Source: Gemmataceae bacterium (GTDB lineage Bacteria > Planctomycetota > Planctomycetia > Gemmatales > Gemmataceae). Taken from it: a stretch of 64,000 bases of DNA. A program made the translations under genes and the position numbers. The stretch is from contig DATNCY010000318.1 of NCBI GenBank assembly GCA_035553375.1, forward strand, positions 698-64,697, given 5' to 3'. The notes under the pieces were generated by a model. That model did no database searches and had not been told where the DNA came from. It was given only the letters and a program-made list of their open reading frames with translations. Positions 1-8,380 of this stretch are shown one piece after another (the stretch's first letter is position 1; the number at the start of each line of letters is the position of its first letter).

Positions 1-1
1 A

Positions 2-553
2 TTCGCTATGGTCCTCGCCGTCGGCAATCTCGCCGTGGCGCACGTCACGCTGCACATGGCCTTGCGTGATGTCTTTCGCCATCTGACGCCGGCTGCCGTA
101 TTGGAGAAAGCGCACCTCCTCGATGATCTGTTGACCCGCATGCTGGGGCGTCGGCCGCGCCTCGGCATCGCTGCGTTGAATCCGCACGCCAGCGATGGCG
201 GTCTCTTCGGCGACGAGGAAGCGACGATCATCGCTCCCGCCGTGGAAGCGGCTCGCAAGGATGGTCTCGACGCCAGCGGTCCCTGGCCGTGCGATACGCT
301 CTTTGTGCGGGCGCGGCATGGCGAGTTCGATGGCATCGTGGCCATGTATCACGATCAAGGACACATTGCGCTGAAACTACTGGGCGAAGGCCGGGCCGTC
401 AACATCTGCGCCGGTCTGCCGATCGTGCGTACCAGCGTGGCGCACGGCACTGCCTACGACATTGCCGGTCGCGGTGTCGCCGATGCCGGCAGTCTCGTCG
501 AGGCGACGCGCGTTGCCGCACTGCTGAGCCGACCTCATGGCCGTAGCGAATGA
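2..553 (+). CDS. pdxA: 4-hydroxythreonine-4-phosphate dehydrogenase (PdxA family), C-terminal part; 5' end lies outside the window
   Basis: Frame is open to the left edge. Motifs IAALNPHASDGGLFGDEE, VAMYHDQGHIALK and VRTSVAHGTAYDIAG are typical of PdxA. Confidence 0.8.
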   Translation, partial: FAMVLAVGNLAVAHVTLHMALRDVFRHLTPAAVLEKAHLLDDLLTRMLGRRPRLGIAALNPHASDGGLFGDEEATIIAPAVEAARKDGLDASGPWPCDTLFVRARHGEFDGIVAMYHDQGHIALKLLGEGRAVNICAGLPIVRTSVAHGTAYDIAGRGVADAGSLVEATRVAALLSRPHGRSE

Positions 554-663
554 GCCGCGAAGAAGCGGTAAGGACCGTTCCTTTCATCGATTTGGACGGG
601 AGCGAAAATAAATGCTATTAGATTGTCATCTTCCTCATCGTGTCAGCGAGGGGTGGCCGGATA

Positions 664-1863
664 ATGGCGATGGCGGATCTCGGCGCGGCTGCGCCTCTGG
701 TTGATGAATTGCAAAAGTGTCACCTGCTCGCCCCAGAGCATTTGGCCCCCATCCGCGCCTACTGCAAAAATGCTCCGCGGCATGAGCCTTCCGACCTGGT
801 GGATTTCCTGGTTCGTCAGGGCATTCTCACCCGCATGCAAGCGGACTGGGCGCTTGAGGAACGCGCGGGCGATCTGGTGCTGTCGCAATTCCTTTTGACC
901 GAGGAACTCGGCACCGGCAGCATGGGTACCGTTTACAAGGCGCGTTCGATGAAAGCCGATGCCTGTTACGCCCTCAAAATTGTGCCGCGCCGCAACATCA
1001 TCAGCATCAACACGGTCGTCGAAAAAGTTCAGGCGCTGCGTGAAATCCGCCATCCTCGCGTCAGCGCGCTCATTCATCTCGGCGCATCGGGCGAACGGGT
1101 GTATTTGGCCTGGCCGTTCCTCGAAGGCGGCGAAAAACTGGACGAAATGGTACGGCGACAAGGCAAGTTAACGCCGCGACAGACCATTCAGATTGGTCTG
1201 CAAGTCGCGTCGGGATTGCTGCCCTATCACGAACACGGCTTGTTTCACGGCTTGCTTAAGCCGAGCGACATCCTCATCGGCACGGATCGCCGCGTGCGTA
1301 TTCTCGATTTCGGCGTGGGCTTTTTGCTGACGAGCGAGCGCGGCAAATCGCTGCTCGACACGATGACCAACACGCGGGCGCTGGCGCGCGGCCTCGATTG
1401 CAGCAGTCCCGAATCGATCATGAACCCGCTGGATCGTACGCCGGTCGGCGATCAATACAGCCTCGGTTGCATCCTCTATTTCTGTCTGGCCGGCCGATTT
1501 CCCTTTCCGAACCAAAATCCCGTCAAGAAAATGCTCGGCCACCAGTGCGAGGAACCGACGCCCCTCCGCGAACTCAATCCGCAAGCGTCGCCGCGTCTGG
1601 CCGCCATTGTCGAATGCCTGATGGCCAAGGTACCGGAGGAGCGTTACGAGAGCATTGCCGATGTGGTGCGTGAACTTCAATCGCTGACGCAGTCCGGTCC
1701 GCGACGTGGGCCGGCCCAACCTACTCCTCCGCCCTCCGAACCGGAAGAGGAGGATGACGAAGCCCTCGAACCACGCTCCGGCTGGGGGCTTTGGCCGCTG
1801 CTCCTGACTGGACTTGCGGCCGGAATCATCGGCGGCATCATGGCCGTGCTGCTGACGCATTGA
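664..1863 (+). CDS. Ser/Thr protein kinase with C-terminal transmembrane anchor
   Basis: Gly-loop LGTGSMGTVYKA, AxK lysine (YALKIV), catalytic-loop-like HGLLKPSDIL, DFG (ILDFGVG), and a C-terminal hydrophobic helix. ATG 664 is preceded by GAGGGG; GTG 640 (ORF track) is an alternative start. Confidence 0.8.
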   Translation: MAMADLGAAAPLVDELQKCHLLAPEHLAPIRAYCKNAPRHEPSDLVDFLVRQGILTRMQADWALEERAGDLVLSQFLLTEELGTGSMGTVYKARSMKADACYALKIVPRRNIISINTVVEKVQALREIRHPRVSALIHLGASGERVYLAWPFLEGGEKLDEMVRRQGKLTPRQTIQIGLQVASGLLPYHEHGLFHGLLKPSDILIGTDRRVRILDFGVGFLLTSERGKSLLDTMTNTRALARGLDCSSPESIMNPLDRTPVGDQYSLGCILYFCLAGRFPFPNQNPVKKMLGHQCEEPTPLRELNPQASPRLAAIVECLMAKVPEERYESIADVVRELQSLTQSGPRRGPAQPTPPPSEPEEEDDEALEPRSGWGLWPLLLTGLAAGIIGGIMAVLLTH

Positions 1864-1886
1864 GGACGGGGCCGATGCTCCTTGCC

Positions 1887-2038
1887 GTCCGGCTCGGCTC
1901 GCCGGACCTACCAAGTAGGTGCCGCGAGCCGAGCGGCACTTGTGCAGTCAAAGTCCGGCTCGGCTCGCCGGACCTACCAAGTAGGTGCCGCGAGCCGAGC
2001 GGCACGGTTTCATGTCCGGCTCGGCTCGCCGGACCTAC
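1887..2038. repeat. Tandem array (2.5 copies) of a 53-nt imperfect palindrome
   Basis: The unit GTCCGGCTCGGCTCGCCGGACCTACCAAGTAGGTGCCGCGAGCCGAGCGGCAC occurs at 1887-1939 and 1953-2005, with a half unit at 2014-2038. Arms pair at 21 of 25 positions. Confidence 0.9.
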
Positions 2039-2075
2039 TTGCCCAGCGCACTGGAGATATTATCCGCGTTACGAA

Positions 2076-2300
2076 TTACTCCAGGTCTTCGGCCAGGCGG
2101 TCGAGAGCCGCCTCCCATTTCTCCGGTGTGTCATAGATCCCTTCGGCGATTTCCAGGCGGACACGTTCGACCAGATCCCGGCGAATGTCTTCGCTGGGGG
2201 CGGAGACTTCCGTCTCGGCCTTGGTTGGCGTGTTGAACAGTCCTTGCAAGCGGTTGCGCGAAATGGGGCCTTCCAGACAAGTCGGCATGTGATAGTACAT
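2076..2300 (-). CDS. FlgM-like anti-sigma-28 factor (small protein)
   Basis: C-terminal segment IRRDLVERVRLEIAEGIYDTPEKWEAALDRLAEDL resembles the FlgM C-terminal helix region. ATG 2300 has GGGGAG 9 nt upstream; the ORF track start 2384 is also possible. Confidence 0.5.
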   Translation of the reverse strand: MYYHMPTCLEGPISRNRLQGLFNTPTKAETEVSAPSEDIRRDLVERVRLEIAEGIYDTPEKWEAALDRLAEDLE

Positions 2301-2807
2301 TGGATCATCTCCCCTGACGGCGTGGGAGTTGTGCGGGTAACCGCGCCACGACGGCAGGCTCATCATACTGGTTGAGATTTGCACGAATCAACCCACGGGG
2401 CTGTCCGGATAGGAAAAAGCAGCCCCGACCATGATAGGATTTCCGAATCTTCCGGGTCCAGAACACCCGCGTGGCGCCTTACGTTGGCCGAGACGAACGC
2501 CCCGGACAGGCTAGGAAGACCACGCAGGCGGGGGAGAGTCGCCACCTGTTCGGTTGCTCACTCCACCCTTGCTACATTCAGTTATCGTCGCGAAGCCGGG
2601 TAAGCTTCAGGGAAATCTCGCGCCGTTAGGAGACAAATCCGCGCTGGCAGACCCTGGCGAGTGCATTGATCCTGGAATGCCCGGCGCTTCGAGAACACCA
2701 CGCGAAGCGGAGAAGCCTTCTCTTCCGGGAATACGGCAGCGCTGCCTTGTAACCTCGCCGCGATTGTCTCCGCTGGCGTTTCCTCCGATAATAGGCTTCG
2801 CCGCACG

Positions 2808-3620
2808 ATGCGCGAACCATCCCTCCAGCGGAGAACCGCCGTGAATCCCGAATGGCGAAATCGATACGAACGTGCCGTCGAAGCCGCACGCAAAGCCGGG
2901 CAACTGGCCATGCGCTATTTCGATGGCTCCTTCACCGTCGAATGGAAGTCCGACCAAAGCCCCGTCACCGTGGCCGACCGCGAGGCCGAGCAATTGCTGC
3001 GCAAGACATTGCTAGACGCTTTTCCGCACGACGGCTTTCTCGGCGAGGAAAGCGGCGATTCACCCGGTTCATCCGGCTTTCGCTGGATCATCGATCCCAT
3101 CGACGGCACCCGCAGCTTCGTGCGCGGCATTCCCATTTGGGCCACCCTCGTCGGACTGGAATATAAGAACGAGACGATTGCCGGCGTCGCCGAGGTGCCG
3201 TGCTTGGGCCACACTTACCACGCGCTACGCGGCGAGGGGGCGTTTCGCAACGAACGGCGGATTCATGTCTCCGATGTGGCCGATATGTCGAAGGCGATGG
3301 TCTTCTATTCCAGTCTGTCCTGGTTCGTCAAGGCGGGGCGGGAGAAGACGTTTCTCGATCTGACGATGCGCACCGAACGACAGCGCGGCTTCGGCGATTT
3401 CTACGGCCATGTTCTTGTCGCGCAAGGATCGGGCGAACTGATGGTCGAACACGGCGTCCACGCCTGGGATGTCGCCGCGATCAAGCCGATCGTCGAGGAG
3501 GCCGGCGGACGCTTCAGCGACTGGAGCGGCAAGCCGACGATTCACACTCCCGATGTACTTATCAGCAACGGCAAACTGCACGATGAGGCGCTGGCGCTCT
3601 TGCGGGCGCATCCAGGGTGA
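2808..3620 (+). CDS. Inositol monophosphatase family protein (IMPase / histidinol-phosphatase-like)
   Basis: Family motifs SPVTVADREAE, GEESG and WIIDPIDGTRSFVRGIPIWATLVGL, plus a C-terminal WDVAA motif. Confidence 0.8.
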   Translation: MREPSLQRRTAVNPEWRNRYERAVEAARKAGQLAMRYFDGSFTVEWKSDQSPVTVADREAEQLLRKTLLDAFPHDGFLGEESGDSPGSSGFRWIIDPIDGTRSFVRGIPIWATLVGLEYKNETIAGVAEVPCLGHTYHALRGEGAFRNERRIHVSDVADMSKAMVFYSSLSWFVKAGREKTFLDLTMRTERQRGFGDFYGHVLVAQGSGELMVEHGVHAWDVAAIKPIVEEAGGRFSDWSGKPTIHTPDVLISNGKLHDEALALLRAHPG

Positions 3621-3627
3621 AGAATTC

Positions 3628-4692
3628 ATGCCACCACCACGGACAATGGAATGGATCGGCGATGCCGATGGTTTTGTGCGTCTGATCGACCAGACGCAAT
3701 TGCCGACCACCCTGACGTATCGCGATTGTCCCACCGTCGAGGACGTGTGGGAGGCCATCCGCAGTTTGCGCGTGCGTGGCGCTCCGGCCATCGGCGTTGC
3801 GGCGGCGATGGGCGTCGTTATCGGCGTGCAAGCATGCGCGGATGCGACGCGCTATGGCAAACGTCTGCGCGAAGTGACGACGTATCTGCGAACCAGCCGG
3901 CCGACGGCGGTTAACCTGTTCTGGGCGCTGGAACGCATGGAACGCTGTTTCGAGCAGCAATGCCGGCAGGGGTCGCCACAGGATTGGACGCGGGGATTGC
4001 TTGCTGAAGCATTGGCCATCCAGGACGAGGATCGCCGCATGTGCCGGGCGATTGGCGCGGCGGGAGCGTCGCTCATCGCGGAGGGGCAAGGTGTGTTGAC
4101 GCACTGTAACGCCGGTGGATTGGCGACGGCGGAATACGGCACGGCCCTGGCGGTGATGTTTGCCGCTGCCGAGCAAGGACGGCGCTTTCAGGTCTATGCC
4201 GACGAAACCCGGCCTTTGCTCCAGGGCGCTCGCCTGACGGCGTGGGAACTGCGGCAGGTGGGCATTCCGGTGACGCTAATCTGTGATAGCATGGCCGGGC
4301 AGGTGATGAAGGAGGGGCGCATTCAATTAGTCGTGGTCGGAGCCGATCGCATCGCGGCCAACGGCGATACGGCCAACAAGATCGGCACCTATGGCGTTGC
4401 CCTGCTCGCTCGCGCTCACGACATTCCCTTCTACGTCGCCGCACCGTCCAGCACGTTCGATCTGAGCCTGCCGAACGGCGACGGCATTCCCATCGAGCAG
4501 CGCGATCCGCGCGAGATTACGCACGGTTTTGGCCGGCAGACCGCGCCGGAGGGCGTTGCCGTGTACAATCCCGCGTTTGATGTGACGCCGCATCATCTGA
4601 TTGCGGGCATCATCACGGAAAAGGGCATTATCCAGCCGGTTCGCCAGGAAAATATCCGCGCTGTTCTGGCGCAAGTTCCTCCATTGCGGTAG
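3628..4692 (+). CDS. mtnA: Methylthioribose-1-phosphate isomerase
   Basis: N-terminus MEWIGDADGFVRLIDQTQLP, plus RGAPAIGVAAAMG, TRPTAVNLFWAL, HCNAGGLAT and VVVGADRIAANGDTANKIGTY. ATG 3628 lies in the frame of the longer track ORF 3469. Confidence 0.85.
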   Translation: MPPPRTMEWIGDADGFVRLIDQTQLPTTLTYRDCPTVEDVWEAIRSLRVRGAPAIGVAAAMGVVIGVQACADATRYGKRLREVTTYLRTSRPTAVNLFWALERMERCFEQQCRQGSPQDWTRGLLAEALAIQDEDRRMCRAIGAAGASLIAEGQGVLTHCNAGGLATAEYGTALAVMFAAAEQGRRFQVYADETRPLLQGARLTAWELRQVGIPVTLICDSMAGQVMKEGRIQLVVVGADRIAANGDTANKIGTYGVALLARAHDIPFYVAAPSSTFDLSLPNGDGIPIEQRDPREITHGFGRQTAPEGVAVYNPAFDVTPHHLIAGIITEKGIIQPVRQENIRAVLAQVPPLR

Positions 4693-4731
4693 AAAGATTA
4701 TTCCTGATCCTCGTGACGAATTGTCAGTCGA

Positions 4732-5046
4732 ATGTGCCTTTATGAAGAGAGGCGAGAGTATTCGGCGGACAACCACGCAAAGGGGATCGATATACAGAAG
4801 CATGAATCCAGTCAGGACGTGGGAAAGGAAGCTAACAAGCCATCTTTACTCGAAATCATCCGTGGCATCCTCACGTTGGCCTTTCTGCCATTGATCTTGC
4901 TCTGGAGAGACCTGTGGTATGGCCCTCCCCTACGCTGCTTGAGTTGTGGCGCCCGTACCGCTTTCAACTGTGTCGTAACTAAAGATGGCCGCCGGCGCTG
5001 CGAATCGTGCGGACACTACTGGGAGGATCATCGCGGGCATGCGTAG
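4732..5046 (+). CDS. Hypothetical small membrane protein with C-terminal zinc-ribbon (CxxC...CxxC)
   Basis: One hydrophobic helix (ILTLAFLPLILLW) followed by CLSCGARTAFNC...CESCGHYW. Lies in a locally lower-GC stretch. No family recognised. Confidence 0.3.
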   Translation: MCLYEERREYSADNHAKGIDIQKHESSQDVGKEANKPSLLEIIRGILTLAFLPLILLWRDLWYGPPLRCLSCGARTAFNCVVTKDGRRRCESCGHYWEDHRGHA

Positions 5047-5329
5047 ATTATCACGGTTTCTTGCCTGAAATTCTTCTCACAAGTGAGAACAAATCGTCTT
5101 CTTTTTGTCACTTTCTGGAAGAGGACGGCAGCACGATTCATCCGATCGCTTCATTTTCCCGGCAATTCCCAGACGCATCGTTGGCACTCGGTTTGCTTAC
5201 CCTTCGAGCCACGCGATACCGCACCATGAAAGAGGTTGACACTGCTTCCGCGAGGGCTACAAAGTCTCCCGGTAGCACGGCCGATTGGCTCTCCGCCCTG
5301 GTTTCTGTCTCCGGAGCGTTGAATTCGTC

Positions 5330-6013
5330 ATGTCAGACCCCATTACAAATACCCCTGGAGGTTCGCCGCCTCCACCGCCGGACAAACCCGAAACGAACGT
5401 CACCGCCAATCCGCCTGCCGTTCCTCCGGTATCCGCGGCCGTGACGACCAAGCCAGCCGCTGCGCCGCCCAAGCCCGCAGCCAAGCCGGCCGCCAAGGGC
5501 AAGCCGGGGCGACGTGGTTTCCTCTATGCCATGCTCGGCACCTGGATCGGCGTTGCCTGGACGACCATGACTGCGTCGCTGGGATTGATGACGCTGGGCA
5601 CCGTTCGCTTCCTGTTCCCCAATGTCCTCACTGAGCCGCCCAACAAGATCAAAATTGGCTTCGCGGATAACTATGAGGACGGCAAGGTTATCGAGCGCTA
5701 CAAGGATCAGCACGCCTGGATTGTGCGTCGCAAGGATGAGAAGTTTGGCGACATTATTTATGCGCTGAGTACCACCTGCACGCACCTCGGCTGCACGCCC
5801 AACTGGCTCGAACGCGAACAGAAATTCAAATGCCCCTGCCACGGCAGCGGCTTCTACATTAGCGGCATCAACTTTGAAGGCCCCGCTCCTCGACCGCTGG
5901 AACGCTGGGCCGTCCTCGTCGGCGATGACGGGCAAATTGTCGTCGATATGAGCAAGAAGTTCCAGCAAGAACGCGGCGAGTGGAACAACCCCGAATCATT
6001 CATCAAGGTGTAG
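5330..6013 (+). CDS. Rieske [2Fe-2S] subunit of a cytochrome bc-type complex
   Basis: Rieske boxes CTHLGC and CPCHGS; twin-arginine-like GRRGFLYAML followed by a TM helix. ATG 5330 is preferred over the TTG 5285 of the track. Confidence 0.85.
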   Translation: MSDPITNTPGGSPPPPPDKPETNVTANPPAVPPVSAAVTTKPAAAPPKPAAKPAAKGKPGRRGFLYAMLGTWIGVAWTTMTASLGLMTLGTVRFLFPNVLTEPPNKIKIGFADNYEDGKVIERYKDQHAWIVRRKDEKFGDIIYALSTTCTHLGCTPNWLEREQKFKCPCHGSGFYISGINFEGPAPRPLERWAVLVGDDGQIVVDMSKKFQQERGEWNNPESFIKV

Positions 6014-6016
6014 TGT

Positions 6017-6102
6017 CCGCTATCCGCTGTCCGCTATCCGCTGTCCGCCAAACACATAACAGTTTGTTTGGCGGACAGCGGATAGCGGACAGCGGATAGC
6101 GG
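6017..6102. repeat. Periodic-arm hairpin P1: 38-bp perfect stem built from heptamers (TCCGCTA/TCCGCTG)n
   Basis: 6017-6054 is the exact reverse complement of 6065-6102. Lies between the Rieske stop (6013) and the cyt b SD/GTG (6106/6118). Confidence 0.95.
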
Positions 6103-6117
6103 GGTGAGGAGCCAGCC

Positions 6118-6891
6118 GTGTCTGTCGGTGATTTCATTCGTAATTCGCAAGTCTGGAAGAGCATCTTCCGCCACCCGGCCCCGCGCGATCGGCGCAACCG
6201 TGTGGTTGTCATGCTCACCAACGTCTTCCTGCATCTGCATCCGGTGTCGGTGCGCAAGAGCGGTATCGCGCTCAGCTACACCTGGTGCATGGGCGGATTG
6301 ACGTTCTTCATGTTCCTGGAACTGACCGTGACCGGCGTGCTGCTGATGTTTTACTATCGGCCGACGCTCGAACACGCCTACAACGACATCCTCATCCTCC
6401 GCGATGTGGCCACGCTCGGTATCCTCCGCGAGCTGCATCGTTGGGGCGCGCATGCTATGGTCATCACGATCTGGCTGCACATGTATCGCGTCTTCCTCAC
6501 CGGCAGTTACAAGCCACCCAGAGAATTCAATTGGGGGGTCGGCGTCATCTTGCTTGTTTTGACGCTGTTGTTGAGTTTCACCGGCTATTTGCTGCCGTGG
6601 GATCAGCTGGCTATCTGGGCCATCACGGTCGGCAGTAATATGGCCCGCGCTACGCCGTTCCTCGGGCATGAAGGGCCGGGTGCGAGCTTCTTGAAAGTGG
6701 GTGATGTCTCCCTCATCCATTCCGGCTCGGACGCGCGATTCATATTGTTGGGCGGACGCTTCGTGAGCGGCGACACGTTGCTGCGGTTCTACGTGTTGCA
6801 CTGCGTCGCAATTCCGCTCGCTGTCGCCGTGCTGATTGCCGTCCATTTCTGGCGTGTGCGCAAGGACGGCGGCATCAGTGGCCCCCTGTAA
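6118..6891 (+). CDS. Cytochrome b, N-terminal (b6-like) part
   Basis: [38 protein letters not shown] and multiple TM helices. GTG start has GAGGA 7 nt upstream. Confidence 0.85.
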   Translation: MSVGDFIRNSQVWKSIFRHPAPRDRRNRVVVMLTNVFLHLHPVSVRKSGIALSYTWCMGGLTFFMFLELTVTGVLLMFYYRPTLEHAYNDILILRDVATLGILRELHRWGAHAMVITIWLHMYRVFLTGSYKPPREFNWGVGVILLVLTLLLSFTGYLLPWDQLAIWAITVGSNMARATPFLGHEGPGASFLKVGDVSLIHSGSDARFILLGGRFVSGDTLLRFYVLHCVAIPLAVAVLIAVHFWRVRKDGGISGPL

Positions 6892-6900
6892 AAATGGCAC

Positions 6901-6959
6901 TGCCAGCCCGCAGCGCCGGCAAGGGACATTCGTTCCCTTGCCGGCGCTGCGGGCTGGCA
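6901..6959. repeat. REP-A palindrome copy 1
   Basis: TGCCAGCCCGCAGCGCCGGCAAGGGA / TCCCTTGCCGGCGCTGCGGGCTGGCA: 26-bp perfect arms, 7-nt loop. Lies 10 nt after the cyt b (N) stop. Confidence 0.95.
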
Positions 6960-6994
6960 ATCAATGACAATACTTGTCACCAAGGCGACGAAAC

Positions 6995-8293
6995 ATGGAG
7001 CATACGCTCGACAAAGGTTTGCAAAACGGCCTGGCCTTCTTTTATCTGCTCGTGGCCTTACTCAATTTTGGCTTCGCGGCCTATTGGTATGGGGTCAAGA
7101 AATTGGCCGCAGCCGCCATCTGGGCGGCCGTCGGTGCGCTTTTCTTGATCCATTGTGTTGGTTATTTCGCGCACCTGGGCTGGTCGCTGCCCTTCGGCAT
7201 ACGCGAAGCCGTCGATCAAGCCACCGGGCCGGTCGTCTACACGATGCTCTCCATCGTCGGCTTCATCGTGCTGCTGGTTTTCCGCCGTTTCTTTGTGCAG
7301 CCAAACATCGCCTGGGCACTGCTGCAACTCAGCCTGCTGATTGGCGGATGGGCCATGACCGACCCGAACTTCCGCGACATCGTCGCCAAGGAAGACAACG
7401 TCCCCATCACCATGCTGATTTATTCGGTCGGCTTCTTTACCTGGGCCGCCCTATATCGAGCCGTGCAGAACGATGACCGCATTGCGCGCGGCGAGCCGGT
7501 GTTGGAAAAGGTCGAGGACGAGAAAGTATTGGTCTGGCCGGACCTCGTTTATACCGAACTGATTGCCATGATTATCGCCACGTTCGTGCTGGTAATCTGG
7601 GCCGTGTTGCTCAAGGCGCCGCTCGAACAGCCGGCCACCAGCGCCAAGGCGCCCAACCCATCGAAAGCGCCGTGGTACTTCCTCGGTTTGCAGGAAATGC
7701 TCGTCTATTACGATCCGTGGATGGCCGGTGTCGTGCTGCCGACGATGATTGTCATCGGCCTAATGGCCATTCCCTATATCGACTTCAATCGCCAGGGCAA
7801 CGGCTACTATTCGTTTGCCGAACGTAAGTTTGCCGTGTCGATTTTCCTCTTCGGTTTCGTTGTCCTGTGGGTGACGCTGATTGTGTTGGGCACCTTCTTG
7901 CGTGGTCCAAACTGGAACTTCTTCGGACCATTCGAGTATTGGGATCCGCATAAGGTGCTGCCGCTTAATAACGTCAACCTTTCGCAATTGTTCTGGCTGA
8001 ACATGCTGCATATGCCGCTCGATGATTTCAAGGTTCGTTTCGGCAACTTCCTTGGCCCGATCATTCGGGAGTTGCCCGGCATCATCGTGGTGTTGCTGTA
8101 CCTGTTCGCCCTGCCGCCGCTGCTGGCGCGGACCGTAATGCGACCCTTCTTTGTGCGGATGGGTTTCGTTCGTTTCATCCTGCTGGTGACGTTGATTCAG
8201 TTCATGGCCGCGCTGCCGCTGAAAATGTTGTTGCGCTGGACCCTTAACTTGAAGTACATCGTCGCCATTCCCGAAATCTTCTTCAATATTTAG
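6995..8293 (+). CDS. Cytochrome b C-terminal / subunit IV-like membrane protein with extra TM helices
   Basis: PNPSKAPWYFLGLQEMLVYY matches the PEWYFL-type motif of the cyt b C-terminal domain or PetD. Polytopic. ATG 6995 is in frame with the track start 6974 (TTG). Confidence 0.75.
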   Translation: MEHTLDKGLQNGLAFFYLLVALLNFGFAAYWYGVKKLAAAAIWAAVGALFLIHCVGYFAHLGWSLPFGIREAVDQATGPVVYTMLSIVGFIVLLVFRRFFVQPNIAWALLQLSLLIGGWAMTDPNFRDIVAKEDNVPITMLIYSVGFFTWAALYRAVQNDDRIARGEPVLEKVEDEKVLVWPDLVYTELIAMIIATFVLVIWAVLLKAPLEQPATSAKAPNPSKAPWYFLGLQEMLVYYDPWMAGVVLPTMIVIGLMAIPYIDFNRQGNGYYSFAERKFAVSIFLFGFVVLWVTLIVLGTFLRGPNWNFFGPFEYWDPHKVLPLNNVNLSQLFWLNMLHMPLDDFKVRFGNFLGPIIRELPGIIVVLLYLFALPPLLARTVMRPFFVRMGFVRFILLVTLIQFMAALPLKMLLRWTLNLKYIVAIPEIFFNI

Positions 8294-8302
8294 GGACTTG
8301 CC

Positions 8303-8365
8303 GTTTAGCGACGCTTCGCGGAGGCGTCGGATAATGACAGACGCTTCGCAGAGGCGTCGCTAAAC
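8303..8365. repeat. Composite palindrome between the cyt b C-terminal gene and the cytochrome c gene
   Basis: Outer 12-bp stem GTTTAGCGACGC / GCGTCGCTAAAC encloses two direct copies of the self-complementary GACGCTTCGC(G/A)GAGGCGTC. Confidence 0.9.
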
Positions 8366-8380
8366 AGAATTGGGACGATC

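Noticed and set aside
1887-2038. Possible CRISPR array, suggested by the repeated palindromic units.
   Set aside because: There are only 2.5 units. The spacers are 8-13 nt, far shorter than CRISPR spacers. The repeats are 53 nt and no cas genes are in the window.
2397-2425. GGGGCTGTCCGGATAGGAAAAAGCAGCCCC looked at first like the SRP (4.5S) RNA domain IV motif GUCCGGAAGGAAGCAGCC.
   Set aside because: The loop is GGAU, not GNAR. There are no 5'-side internal-loop nucleotides and no extended helix on either side. It is most likely a chance hairpin in the divergent FlgM-like/IMPase intergenic region.
3469-3627. N-terminal extensions of track ORFs, for example mtnA 3469, pyrG 16899, alaS 17762, argS 41251, kinase 33645, WD40 23687 and TolC 38687.
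   Set aside because: The extensions overlap upstream genes or palindromic repeats and are Arg-rich. Internal ATGs coincide with the conserved family N-termini and usually have an SD-like GGAG motif upstream.
5236-5263. TTGACA-N16-TACAAA upstream of the Rieske gene as a sigma-70-type promoter.
   Set aside because: It is plausible by eye, but the -10 matches only 4 of 6 positions, planctomycete promoter consensus is poorly defined, and I cannot score it. It is not reported as a feature.
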